A stretch of DNA of 59,771 bases from an uncultured archaeon (GTDB taxonomy: Archaea; EX4484-52; LFW-46), in the NCBI GenBank assembly GCA_902384675.1, contig CABMCT010000029.1:1-59771 (forward strand), read 5' to 3'. This document shows, piece by piece, positions 36,570 to 46,663 of the stretch. Under the pieces are notes generated by a model, which worked only from the letters and a program-made list of their open reading frames with translations, searched no databases and had not been told where the DNA came from. Each line of letters opens with the position of its first letter. The first letter of the stretch is position 1. Position numbers and translations under genes: made by a program.

Positions 36570-37655
36570 TTATTTTTCAGACTCAAAATACAGGTTTACT
36601 TTTTCACAAACTTCTTCGATTTCTTTTTTCTCAAGTCCGGGGTAGATTGGGAGTGATAGTATTTCCTTTGCAAACCGCTCTGTATTTTTCAGCGGTGCGG
36701 AGTATTTGGAGAATATCGGCTGCAGATGTATCGGAACAGGGTAATGGACATCAGAAGCAATCTCGTTCTTTAAAAGATACTCTTTTAATTCTTCCCTGTT
36801 TTTAGCCCGTATAACATACAGATGATAGACGTGCTTTCTGTGCTCGAATTCGCGGGGTTTTTCGATTTTGCCTGACAGCAATTGGTTGTATATTTTTGCG
36901 ATTTCTCTTCTTTTTGCATCCCATTCATCAAGATGCTTTAATTGCTCCATACCTATTGCAGCAGAGATTTCTGACATCCTGAAATTCATGCTTAAAATAT
37001 GGTGCAGGTATTTGTCGGTCCTGCCGTGGTCCCTAAGCATTTTCAGTTTTTCATAAAGGCCTGAATCCGAAGTGATTGCCATTCCCCCGTCTCCGCAGAC
37101 AGTCATGTTTTTTGACGGGAAAAAGGAAAATGCCGAGATGTCCCCGAAGCTTCCGGCTTTTTTGCCCCTGAATTCTGCCCCGTGGGCCTGCGCGCAGTCT
37201 TCTATAAGCACAAAGCCGTATTTTTCTTTTAGCGCCATTATTTCGTCCATGTTGCACATCTGCCCGTAAAGATGCACGCAGATTATTGCTTTCGTTTTGC
37301 CCGAAATTTTCTTCTTCAGGTCATTTATATCAATGCAGTATGACTCGTCGACATCAACGAATTTCGGCGTCGCACCCACCATAAGAATGGGTGACGCCGA
37401 CGCGATAAAACTAAGGGAAGGAACAATAACCTCGTCCCCGCTTTTTATATCAAGCGCCCTTAATGCAAGATATATTGCCGCAGTGCCGCTGCTTACTCCT
37501 ACGCCGTATTTTGCGCCGCAGTATTTTGAGAATTCCGACTCGAATTTTTCAAGAACCGGGCCTTTGACAAACCTGCTGCTGTCCAGAACTTTGAGAACTG
37601 CGTCCTTCATTTCCTCGGTAATTGTCGGCTTGCTTAATGGAATTTTAATATTCAT
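36570..37655 (-). CDS. DegT/DnrJ sugar aminotransferase (WbpE-like), copy 1
   Basis: SSGTAA, VHLYG, EDCAQAHG, SFFPSKN and GDGG. Confidence 0.9.
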   Translation of the reverse strand: MNIKIPLSKPTITEEMKDAVLKVLDSSRFVKGPVLEKFESEFSKYCGAKYGVGVSSGTAAIYLALRALDIKSGDEVIVPSLSFIASASPILMVGATPKFVDVDESYCIDINDLKKKISGKTKAIICVHLYGQMCNMDEIMALKEKYGFVLIEDCAQAHGAEFRGKKAGSFGDISAFSFFPSKNMTVCGDGGMAITSDSGLYEKLKMLRDHGRTDKYLHHILSMNFRMSEISAAIGMEQLKHLDEWDAKRREIAKIYNQLLSGKIEKPREFEHRKHVYHLYVIRAKNREELKEYLLKNEIASDVHYPVPIHLQPIFSKYSAPLKNTERFAKEILSLPIYPGLEKKEIEEVCEKVNLYFESEK

Positions 37656-37665
37656 AATATCTCCT

Positions 37666-38619
37666 TTATTTTACAACTATTTCTTTGTGAAGCTCTGCGG
37701 ATTTGGCCGCAAGATCGCACAATTTAACTGCCTTTAATCCTTCTGTCCCGCTGTTTACAGGAGTTTTTCCTGATGATGCAGAGGATACAAATGCGCGCAA
37801 TTCGTCTTTTAGCGGCTCGTTTTTATCCACAGAGATTTCAAAAGCAGGAAGCGCGGTTGTTTTTTCGAGCGTAATATCAATCGGATAGCAGGTTATTTTC
37901 TGCTCTTCCATATCAACATAAAACTTTTTCTTTGAGCAGATAACCCACACATCGCGCTTTTTTAGCGGATGGAGCCAGCTCAGTTCCACGTTTGCCATGA
38001 ACTTTCCGTAATCAAGCATAGCCACCGCGTAATCTTCCCGTTCCTCCGACAAGAAGTTTGATTTTTCGCAAAATATTTTTTTTGGAGCTCTATCCAGCAA
38101 AAAATCCAGCGTATCAAACATATGCGAGCCGAAATTAAAAATCACTCCCATGTCTTTTCTCGGGGGCTTTGTCGAATGTATGTGCCTCATGCTTATGAAC
38201 TGGATTTCTCCCGCGTCGCTAAGAAGTTCTTTTAGTTTCACAACAGCGTTGCAGAACCTGTACAGGTGCCCTACAGCCAATACCTGGTTTTTCTTTTCAG
38301 CAAGCCTGACAAGTGTGGCACCCTCTTTTTCTGAAATCGTAAGCGGCTTTTCCACTATGACGTGCTTCCCGCTCTGTAGGCAGAATTTTGCAAGCTCATA
38401 ATGCAGGTTTGTAGGGGCGACAATGGAAACTGCATCAACAAACGGGAGCATTTCCCGATAATCCTTAAAATACCTGATTTTGTATTTCTCAGAAAGCGCT
38501 TTCTTGCTTTCATCAACATCCGCAAGCCCTACAAGAGTGCAGGCATCCGAAAGCTCCGAGAAGCATCTTACGTGGTTTGCTCCCCATGCCCCGCCTCCGA
38601 TTACACCAATTCGTATCAT
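37666..38619 (-). CDS. Gfo/Idh/MocA oxidoreductase (WbpB-like), copy 1
   Basis: GGGAWGANH, VEKPL, VGHLYRF and HMFD. Confidence 0.87.
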   Translation of the reverse strand: MIRIGVIGGGAWGANHVRCFSELSDACTLVGLADVDESKKALSEKYKIRYFKDYREMLPFVDAVSIVAPTNLHYELAKFCLQSGKHVIVEKPLTISEKEGATLVRLAEKKNQVLAVGHLYRFCNAVVKLKELLSDAGEIQFISMRHIHSTKPPRKDMGVIFNFGSHMFDTLDFLLDRAPKKIFCEKSNFLSEEREDYAVAMLDYGKFMANVELSWLHPLKKRDVWVICSKKKFYVDMEEQKITCYPIDITLEKTTALPAFEISVDKNEPLKDELRAFVSSASSGKTPVNSGTEGLKAVKLCDLAAKSAELHKEIVVK

Positions 38620-39560
38620 TTCTTTTCCACCACTCTGTTAATATATTCCAGATATTTGTCTCCTATTTCGTTCCATGAATATGTTTTTATCCTGCTCACA
38701 TTCTTTTGAAGCGCGCCTCGCAAGCTATTATTGGTTACCAGCTCTTTTAACCCTTCGCGCAGGTCGTCTGTAAGATACGCTTCTTCCTTGTGCCTCAAGA
38801 GATATGCGATTCTCCCATTAAGCGCAACTATAGGCTTTTTAGCCGCGATATATTCGTATATTTTCAGTGTGCTGTCATCGTTTGGCGTATGGATTAATAT
38901 ATCCGCTGCCTTGAGGTATCTTGGCACGTCCCTGCTTGGAACCGCGCCGATGTGGTGCACGTTTTTCGGCAGGCTTGTCAGTTCCTTGTCTGATTTTCCG
39001 ACAAGATACATCTCGCAGGGAAGCCCTGCCGCGGCATCTATTATTTTCTGCGTCTGCTTATATTGATTCAGGCTGCCGACATACACTGCCTTTAGTTTTC
39101 CTTCAAGTTCTATAGGCTCTGCCCTGAATGCCTCTGTATCAATGCCGTGCGGAATATACTCCGCAGTTTTTCCGAATAATTCGCATTTTCTGACAAGCGC
39201 CTTGCTCGGGGTGCTTATATTTGGAGTGTTTTTTATTATAAAGTATTCCAGGAATGCAATCCTGTCAATCCCGTATTTTTTTCCCATGACCTCTGTGTAC
39301 TGGTCGGTCCAGTCATGCACTATGGGCTTTCTTATCAGGCCGAGCTTTTTAAGCAATGCAGGCAAAAAGCCGATTATGCCCACGCTTATGACAACATCCG
39401 GGTTGAATTTCAGGTAATGGTAATAGAACGACGCCCAATTGCCCTTTAGCACCCGCTTCACTTCATGTTTCTTCTCGAAATATGCCGGGAGCCTGTCCCA
39501 GCGCATGATGGCTGTGGTCGGGGATTTCTCTTTTCCATGCGTGAGTATCAAAATGCGCAT
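38616..39560 (-). CDS. GT4-like glycosyltransferase
   Basis: IPHGID, YVGSLNQYK and LKIYEYIAAKKPIV. Confidence 0.8.
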   Translation of the reverse strand: MRILILTHGKEKSPTTAIMRWDRLPAYFEKKHEVKRVLKGNWASFYYHYLKFNPDVVISVGIIGFLPALLKKLGLIRKPIVHDWTDQYTEVMGKKYGIDRIAFLEYFIIKNTPNISTPSKALVRKCELFGKTAEYIPHGIDTEAFRAEPIELEGKLKAVYVGSLNQYKQTQKIIDAAAGLPCEMYLVGKSDKELTSLPKNVHHIGAVPSRDVPRYLKAADILIHTPNDDSTLKIYEYIAAKKPIVALNGRIAYLLRHKEEAYLTDDLREGLKELVTNNSLRGALQKNVSRIKTYSWNEIGDKYLEYINRVVEKK

Positions 39561-39580
39561 ATGTTTAACAGTATTATGAG

Positions 39581-39614
39581 AGCTTAAATAATTAACTAAG
39601 GCAATATTTCATGA
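39581..39614 (+). repeat. Degenerate repeat-family module
   Basis: AGCTT-AAATA...TATTT-CATGA. Confidence 0.55.
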
Positions 39615-39673
39615 ATGCTAAAGAACATACGGAATGTTCTTTAACCAGAAAACTCAAAAGACTTAGAGGGCTT

Positions 39674-41581
39674 ATGTGCGGCATAACAGGATTCGTTGGA
39701 TTTGAAGACAAGTCGCTTATTCATAAAATGACAGACATGATAGCCCACAGGGGACCTGACGACAGCGGCTATTTTATCGGCAAAAACATTTGTCTCGGGC
39801 ACAGGCGGCTGAGCATAATCGATGTAAGTGCTGGAAAGCAGCCCATGTACAACGAAGACGATTCCATATGCATTGTTTTTAACGGGGAGATTTACAATTA
39901 TTCCGCACTAAGTGAGGAGCTCAAAAGAAAAGGGCATAAGTTTCGCACAAATTCCGACACAGAAACAATTATCCACGCGTATGAGGAATACGGGGATAAT
40001 TGTGTTAAGCATCTGCGGGGAATGTTTGCATTTGCAATATGGGACAACAGCACCAGAAAGAAACTTTTTCTTGCCCGCGATAGGCTCGGAATAAAGCCGC
40101 TCTATTATGCGCTTATAAACGGCTCAATCGTATTTGCTTCAGAGATAAAAGCAATACTGTTGCATCCTGACATAAAGCGAAAGGTCGACAATGAAGCGCT
40201 TTACAGCTATCTGACATTCGGTTATGTGCCTGCGCCAAGGACTATGTTTTCGGGAATCTGCAAGTTACCCCCGGCAAGCACGCTTTCTTTCAAGGATGGC
40301 AGATACGAGATAAAACAATACTGGGATGTAACATTTAAAGAAACAGAGGGAAGTGAGGAGCGACAGCTCGGCAATTCAGGCTCGAGATGGAGCGACGATG
40401 AGGAGCACTATAAGGCAGAATTGCTTCGCATTCTTAAAGAATCAGTACGTTCGCATTTAATGAGCGAGGTGCCGCTTGGCGCATTTCTTTCAGGCGGGCT
40501 TGATTCAAGCACTGTCGTTGCTCTTATGAGCTCTGCGGCAGAGGAGCCTATCAAAACCATCTCAGCAGGCTTTGAAAGCGGAGGCTATTATGACGAGCTC
40601 AAATACGCACGGATAGTTGCAGAGCATTTCAATACAGACCATCACGAGGTTGTGCTTAAGGCGAATGACCTCAAAATTCTTCCAAAAATAGTATGGCACT
40701 TTGACGAGCCTGTACCGGACCCGTCTTCTGTTCCGGAATATCTGATATCGCAGAAAGCCAAAAAGTATGTGACAGTAGCCCTTGTCGGGGAGGGGTCTGA
40801 TGAACTGTTCATGGGATACAGGCAGTACAAGATTATGTCTATGGCATACGCTCCGGTAATCAGAAATATGCTTATGCATGCTCCGGTAGGCAAGGTTGCC
40901 TCGTTATTCGGCAGGGCACCTGTTCCCAGAATTGCAAAGCGATATATGGAAGTGGCAGCAGGCATTTCAAAATCCATAAACTCTCCCAAAGATTGCTACA
41001 TGGGGCTCGTTAGCTCTTTTAGCCCGGAGGAGAGAAGCAGCATACTGGCTAATCCCAAAAGCGGATTTAGCGAATCGATACTTGGAGGATACTTTGCAGG
41101 AAATGGCACAATATTTGATAAGATGAGTAAATTCGAGCTGTCTGTTCCTCTTGCAGATATGCTTCTTATGAATGTCGATAAAATGACAATGGCAAATGCT
41201 ATAGAGGCGCGCGTGCCGTTCCTTGACCATAAGCTCGTGGAATTTTCTGCCAACATCCCGTGCTCATTAAAGTTATATAGGTTTAACGAAAAATATCTGC
41301 TTAAGAAGGCAATGTCAGGAATCCTGCCGAAAGAAATACTGAAGCGAAAGAAGCATCCTTTTGCAGTTCCGGTAAGAAACTGGCTTGAGGGCGAGTTAAA
41401 AGACCGGATGCTGGACGTATTATCCAGGGAGAGAATAGAAAAGCAGGGGTATTTCAAATACCCGTATATTAAAAAGCTGATTGACGGGAAGAAGTACAAT
41501 CAATTATGGCCGCTGACATTTTTTGAGATGTGGCACGAAATTTTTATTGAAGATTCTAAATTTAACAGAGGAACGATATGA
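39674..41581 (+). CDS. asnB: Asparagine-synthetase-like amidotransferase, copy 2
   Basis: Start reassigned to MCGITG (Cys must be N-terminal). HRGPD, NGEIYN, LSGGLDSS and GEGSDE. Confidence 0.92.
   Translation: MCGITGFVGFEDKSLIHKMTDMIAHRGPDDSGYFIGKNICLGHRRLSIIDVSAGKQPMYNEDDSICIVFNGEIYNYSALSEELKRKGHKFRTNSDTETIIHAYEEYGDNCVKHLRGMFAFAIWDNSTRKKLFLARDRLGIKPLYYALINGSIVFASEIKAILLHPDIKRKVDNEALYSYLTFGYVPAPRTMFSGICKLPPASTLSFKDGRYEIKQYWDVTFKETEGSEERQLGNSGSRWSDDEEHYKAELLRILKESVRSHLMSEVPLGAFLSGGLDSSTVVALMSSAAEEPIKTISAGFESGGYYDELKYARIVAEHFNTDHHEVVLKANDLKILPKIVWHFDEPVPDPSSVPEYLISQKAKKYVTVALVGEGSDELFMGYRQYKIMSMAYAPVIRNMLMHAPVGKVASLFGRAPVPRIAKRYMEVAAGISKSINSPKDCYMGLVSSFSPEERSSILANPKSGFSESILGGYFAGNGTIFDKMSKFELSVPLADMLLMNVDKMTMANAIEARVPFLDHKLVEFSANIPCSLKLYRFNEKYLLKKAMSGILPKEILKRKKHPFAVPVRNWLEGELKDRMLDVLSRERIEKQGYFKYPYIKKLIDGKKYNQLWPLTFFEMWHEIFIEDSKFNRGTI
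40354..40406 (+). repeat. 45-bp in-frame insertion flanked by an 8-bp direct repeat (TGAGGAGC)
   Basis: The repeat lies at 40354-40361 and 40399-40406. Removing 15 aa makes the segment the same length as in asnB copy 1. Confidence 0.75.
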
Positions 41582-42747
41582 GCGTACTAATCACAGACGC
41601 CGGTGCTAAACATAGTTTAGCAGCTATACGATCGATAGGCAGCAGAAATATTGATGTTGGTGCCATTGAAACAACGCGATTAAATATGGGGTTCTTATCC
41701 AGATATGTTAAAAAAAGGTTTCTCTGCCCTCATTCTAAAGGAGAACTGTTCGTAAATCATATAATCAAAATATTGGAAAAGCACAAGTACGACGTATTTT
41801 TACCCGTTATAGATACCTCGTATGAGGCGGCTTCTAAGTACAAGGCCAGATTAGAAAAATATGTCCGAATGCCAGTTGCAAATTACGACTCTATGTCAAT
41901 TGCTTTGAATAAGAGGAGGACAATGATGCTTGCTGAGAAAAAAGGCGTACCAGTACCTGCAACAGTCTACCCTATTAGATTAAGTGATATAAGAGACAAT
42001 GCTAAAAAAATCACATACCCTGCGGTAATTAAAACTGCTGACGGAGCGGGTTCAGGCGGAATAGCGTTTGTAAATTCTGAAGCCGAGTTACTATTAAAAT
42101 ACCCTAAAATGGTTACTGATAAGAGCAATCTTCCGATGATACAGGAATATATCCCGGGAAAAGGACAAGGGTTCTTTGCCCTCTATAATAACGGAAAGCC
42201 GCGAGCAATTTTTATGCATGAAAGGATAAGGGAGTATCCAGTCACAGGTGGTCCGAGTACAATGGCAAAAAGCATATATAGCGACTCGTTAAAAAAAGAG
42301 GGCCTAAAGATGCTAAATGCTCTAGATTGGCATGGCGTTGCCATGGTGGAGTTTAAATTAGATTCAAGGGACAATACCTTAAAACTCATGGAAGTGAACC
42401 CAAAATTTTGGGGCTCGCTGGACCTTGCAATATCTTCAGGGGTGGATTTTCCTTATCTGGCGTATAAGATGGCTCTTGACGGCGATGTTAAGCCCGTTAT
42501 GAAATATAACGAAAGCATGAAGTTTCGGTGGATATTCCCTGGAGAGATACTGCATTTTCTATCCTCAGAAGATAAAATAAAGGCGCTTAAAGATTTTATG
42601 GAGTTTGATAAGAATATAAAATCAGATATTAGATTGAAAGACCCTTTGCCAAACATATTTCAAATAATGTTGACTGCACGTATGGCAGTATCTTTATCTT
42701 TGAAAGGAAAGCTAAGGCACCCTTGTGGTGTTGCGAAGGTGAACTGA
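41578..42747 (+). CDS. ATP-grasp carboxylate-amine ligase
   Basis: YPAVIK...GAGSGG, MIQEYIPG, GVAMVEFK and LMEVNPKFWGS. Confidence 0.88.
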   Translation: MSVLITDAGAKHSLAAIRSIGSRNIDVGAIETTRLNMGFLSRYVKKRFLCPHSKGELFVNHIIKILEKHKYDVFLPVIDTSYEAASKYKARLEKYVRMPVANYDSMSIALNKRRTMMLAEKKGVPVPATVYPIRLSDIRDNAKKITYPAVIKTADGAGSGGIAFVNSEAELLLKYPKMVTDKSNLPMIQEYIPGKGQGFFALYNNGKPRAIFMHERIREYPVTGGPSTMAKSIYSDSLKKEGLKMLNALDWHGVAMVEFKLDSRDNTLKLMEVNPKFWGSLDLAISSGVDFPYLAYKMALDGDVKPVMKYNESMKFRWIFPGEILHFLSSEDKIKALKDFMEFDKNIKSDIRLKDPLPNIFQIMLTARMAVSLSLKGKLRHPCGVAKVN

Positions 42748-43439
42748 TGGCATGTGCATTTGATTTCCATATACACTCAAAATATTCTTTTGATTCTACC
42801 CTCGAACCATATAAAATCCTGGAAATTGCAAAAAGAAAAGGATTAAGCGGAATAGCCATAACTGACCATAATACAATCAAAGGCGGACTAGAAGCCAAAA
42901 GACTCAATGAGGATAAGGATTTTTCAGTAGTCGTAGGGAGTGAAATATGTACAGAAATCGGAGATATCGTGGGACTGTTTCTTAGTGAAGAGGTAAAATC
43001 CAGAAATAGCGAGGATGTTATCGAGGAGATAAGAAGCCAGGGGGGCATTGTCGTGCTCCCACATCCCTTTAAATATCACCGTGGAATAAATAAGGTGCTT
43101 AAAAAAATAAATCTTATCGAGAGCTTTAATGCTAGGGCAGACAAGAAGGCTAACCTCCTCGCCCATCAGTTGGCGATAAAGAATAAGATTCCCATGATTG
43201 GAGGAAGCGATGCGCATTTTTTATCAGAAATCGGACTCGGGAAGACTATTTTTGACGATTTCACCGATGCAGGGGATGTTAAAAAAAACTTGTTATGCAA
43301 TAAGCGCAAAATCGAAGGGAGATATTCAAGTAAATATAGCGAAATAATAAGTGATGCAATTAAATCAATAAATACCGACAAGGCGTATAAACTTGTATTT
43401 GTGCCATATCGGCTTATCAAAGCCTTTTTCGGACGATAG
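42747..43439 (+). CDS. PHP-domain phosphoesterase
   Basis: DFHIHSKYS.D, ITDHN, GSEI, PHPF and GGSDAH. Start overlaps the upstream stop (TGATG). Confidence 0.9.
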   Translation: MACAFDFHIHSKYSFDSTLEPYKILEIAKRKGLSGIAITDHNTIKGGLEAKRLNEDKDFSVVVGSEICTEIGDIVGLFLSEEVKSRNSEDVIEEIRSQGGIVVLPHPFKYHRGINKVLKKINLIESFNARADKKANLLAHQLAIKNKIPMIGGSDAHFLSEIGLGKTIFDDFTDAGDVKKNLLCNKRKIEGRYSSKYSEIISDAIKSINTDKAYKLVFVPYRLIKAFFGR

Positions 43440-43567
43440 TCTGCTGTGCTAATGCATATCAGCGATGGCTTTTGTACTTTTTCAGAATTTCTAAACCTGG
43501 TTCGGTGTTAAATATTCGCAAGAAGAAAAAACAAGGAAGGTACGGATTCAACTCTACTGTAAAGGAC

Positions 43568-44347
43568 TCATGAATATTGTCGATAAGTCGCATTGTTTCT
43601 GAGTTTCTTCTTTCTTATATGCCACGTAATTGCGACAATTAGTAATATCACAGCAACAGCACCAACATTATTAAGCGTAACTGACAAGAAGCGACCTGTC
43701 AGTCTATTCGGCTGCTCCAAGCCCTTGTTCGTTGTTTCAGGAGCCTTTGATGACGTACTCTTCTCTTCGGATACTACAGGCTTAGCGCAATCTTGGCTTA
43801 AGACAGGCTTACTTGTCGAAGTTGTGCAGTGATTAATATCTACGCAGTTTCTAGTCTGGACATTGCTAGAGCAAGAAGACCAGTCGCTGCAATACCAAGT
43901 GGAAGTACAGGGCTTATTTGAGGTGCTTCCTCCTGTATTTCCAGAAAGCGAATTGGTTACCTGCTGATTTACCTTCAAGTTTTTGTTAATATAATCATTT
44001 ACGGCCAGATTCAGCTCAGAAGCCTTGCCATTCGTAAATGTGGCAGTTTCACCAGTATCTATTCCATTTACAAAAAATGATATTGTCTTTCCGGCCAGAT
44101 TATTATTCAGGTCATTTATATCTAAAATGTTGGGAATATGGCCGTATTTTCCACCAGTGGTTGTGGCCATCGCAATAGATACACCATCTATTTTTGCCTC
44201 TATTACCGAGCCATCAGGTGCCGGGCCATCAATAAAATTCACGGTTCCATGGAACCTGTTGGGAATTCCCGGCACAGCAAAGGCTACACTAGTGAGGATG
44301 AGTAAAAGTATTGCTGCTGTAAATGGAACTCTTCTCATTTTACCCAC
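43568..44347 (-). CDS. Secreted, C-terminally anchored protein with a thrombospondin-like Cys/Trp module
   Basis: Signal peptide, CTSTWYCSDWSSCSSNVQTRNCVDINHC, C-terminal TM and basic tail. Confidence 0.75.
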   Translation of the reverse strand: MGKMRRVPFTAAILLLILTSVAFAVPGIPNRFHGTVNFIDGPAPDGSVIEAKIDGVSIAMATTTGGKYGHIPNILDINDLNNNLAGKTISFFVNGIDTGETATFTNGKASELNLAVNDYINKNLKVNQQVTNSLSGNTGGSTSNKPCTSTWYCSDWSSCSSNVQTRNCVDINHCTTSTSKPVLSQDCAKPVVSEEKSTSSKAPETTNKGLEQPNRLTGRFLSVTLNNVGAVAVILLIVAITWHIRKKKLRNNATYRQYS

Positions 44348-46663
44348 CTAGATGCAGTCAGTTGTAGTTGCGTTCTTTGCGCCTAAGCCAGGAGCGTACA
44401 TATGCGCAGATTTCATGAATATCCAGTACCCCCGTCCTGGCCACACAAGGTCGGTATAGTATACTTCTGTAAATGTCTTGCCGGTATTATCGTAGCCTAT
44501 AATAGGACTCTGCCACCATGCCTGAGTCCAGTCATTAATGTTTGGGGTAAGCATTGAAAGAGCGCATTTTGACTGTATTTCATTTGTGTTTCCGCGCTGA
44601 TAATATCCTATGAGATTCCAGCCTTCTTTAAGCGCTATTGAGGGAGGAACACTTGCTCCTTCCAAATACAGGCTTCCTGAACCAGTTATAGCCTTAGGAG
44701 TGCTGCCATTATAGTTTATCCAATAGCCATAACCGGCAGTCATATCATTCAAATTAGTTACATTAGGATTGTTTGGAACGTATAATGTCCAGCTGACACC
44801 ATCATATCTCCACGCCTCTGTAATATCGCTTTTCACGCCTGAAAGCACATAACCTACGCTCGTATTTGTCGGCACAACAGGCAGTGAGATAAGATTCCAG
44901 CCATTTGCACCATTCTTTGACAAGGTTATATTGTAAGATGTTGCAGTTGTGAATGACCAGAATTTACTTGGCAACGTATTTCCAGCTAAATCAGTTAATC
45001 CAGTTAAAGTTACTGTATATCCTTTGTTGCTACCAAGAATTGTTGAAGGCTTGAACACTGCAGTGTATGTTGCATTATTGTAGGGTTGTTGCGATATTGA
45101 AACGCTATTATTGCTTGAGTCTTTTAATGTAGTTCTGTTGAGTGTTGATTGGTTCATATCTTTGCTAAAGACAAGGGTTATTGTGGTGTTTGTATCAATA
45201 CCGACTGCGCCGGTTGATGGTGTGTACGAAACAAGCGATGGAGATACTGTATCTATCTTTATCGTTCTATTGGTTGCTGAGAAGTTGCTTAACGGAGGAT
45301 TTCCGCTATCGTAGCATTGGACATTCCATGAATAGGTACCGTCTGCAGGATATGTTATAGATATATTGTTTACGCTGTTATTCATCACTGCCGAAGCATT
45401 CGTCTGATTCAAAGCCCACATACCGGTTGCATTATTCCATACGGAACAGTTGCTGAACCCATCATCTGTCAGTGGTGTAAACTGATGGTTTACTGTTCTT
45501 GAGTTCGTCCAACTTGCATCTGATGGAGAATCTAGTGCGATTGTTGGTGCAGTGTTTGTTGATTGTGTTTGTTCAGCACCGAGAGAAATTATTGGGTCTG
45601 AACCCATATACGTCCTAATCTTAAGGTTATCAATATAACCCGACCTTGTATAACCCACCCCATCACCGGCTGATGTTCCCTGAATGTAGCTGATGTTCAT
45701 TTTATCCGAAACTGCAGCAATCTGCTGATTTAACCGGTTTGTTCTTGCGGAATCCGAATACACTTCAAAAACTACATTTGTATCGTTTTTAGACAGCCTA
45801 AGATAATATAGTGTCCCATAAGCTCCAGCATATACCCCTCCTGAAGTTGATATTGAAGTTCCGTTATCAAAAATTACAAGACCATATTCGTTAGTTGAAT
45901 GGTGGCGGTATATAAGGATGGCATCTTGCGTAACGCTTGCTGAATTTACCTGCTGTTCATAAAGACCAAAGTCATATCTCGAAAAATCTGCTCCAGAGGT
46001 TCCTTTATCTTCCCATTCCATTGTCCAATTATTTGTTGCATTTATCCCCCCATAAACGATGTAGCTTTGGACATTGCTATTCCTTATCACATTGTTGAAA
46101 TTCAAGTACGAATTAGCAGTATCTACATATATTGCGGCACTTGTATCTGTCCATTTGTCCGAATCAAAATTATCAAAGAACTTAAATACATTACCTGCGT
46201 TGCTTTGGCTTGTTGCAGAAGGATTACCATAGTACACTTTAATCTGTCCGTATCCACCATTTACAGTTGAAATATTGGTAATATTTGCCTTCACCCATAC
46301 ACTTGCTGTATTTGCAGTAGAATTCCAGCTTTCAATCCAATAAGATAAAGTTTTGCTTGTATCTTCTGCCCCGTTTGAGGAAAATCCAGTGAACCTTAAA
46401 TCGTTTCCATTATTGCTCCAATTCCAGTGTGCCCCAACATTTGTGGAATTATATCTAATATTAATTTGATAATCCGTAAGATTGTTAGGTGTGCTTATGT
46501 TGTGCAACATTGAATAAGACCATGAAGGGTTCCACCAAGATTCTGCGTTTACTGGAGTGCTGCCAACAACAAAAAGCAACACCGTTGCAATGAGACAAGA
46601 ACTAATCGCCAAAAGTTTGGCATCTTCAGTCTTTTTAGCCCGGAATTGCAGCCCACCTTTCAT
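44348..46663 (-). CDS. Large secreted surface protein: DUF2341-like N-domain, Ig-like (Big_5-like) domain and GWNL repeats
   Basis: WWNPSWSY...DLRFT...LSYWIE...VWVK...VYYGNP; PSLVSYTP...ITLVFSKDMN; two GWNLIS/G motifs. Confidence 0.78.
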   Translation of the reverse strand: MKGGLQFRAKKTEDAKLLAISSCLIATVLLFVVGSTPVNAESWWNPSWSYSMLHNISTPNNLTDYQINIRYNSTNVGAHWNWSNNGNDLRFTGFSSNGAEDTSKTLSYWIESWNSTANTASVWVKANITNISTVNGGYGQIKVYYGNPSATSQSNAGNVFKFFDNFDSDKWTDTSAAIYVDTANSYLNFNNVIRNSNVQSYIVYGGINATNNWTMEWEDKGTSGADFSRYDFGLYEQQVNSASVTQDAILIYRHHSTNEYGLVIFDNGTSISTSGGVYAGAYGTLYYLRLSKNDTNVVFEVYSDSARTNRLNQQIAAVSDKMNISYIQGTSAGDGVGYTRSGYIDNLKIRTYMGSDPIISLGAEQTQSTNTAPTIALDSPSDASWTNSRTVNHQFTPLTDDGFSNCSVWNNATGMWALNQTNASAVMNNSVNNISITYPADGTYSWNVQCYDSGNPPLSNFSATNRTIKIDTVSPSLVSYTPSTGAVGIDTNTTITLVFSKDMNQSTLNRTTLKDSSNNSVSISQQPYNNATYTAVFKPSTILGSNKGYTVTLTGLTDLAGNTLPSKFWSFTTATSYNITLSKNGANGWNLISLPVVPTNTSVGYVLSGVKSDITEAWRYDGVSWTLYVPNNPNVTNLNDMTAGYGYWINYNGSTPKAITGSGSLYLEGASVPPSIALKEGWNLIGYYQRGNTNEIQSKCALSMLTPNINDWTQAWWQSPIIGYDNTGKTFTEVYYTDLVWPGRGYWIFMKSAHMYAPGLGAKNATTTDCI

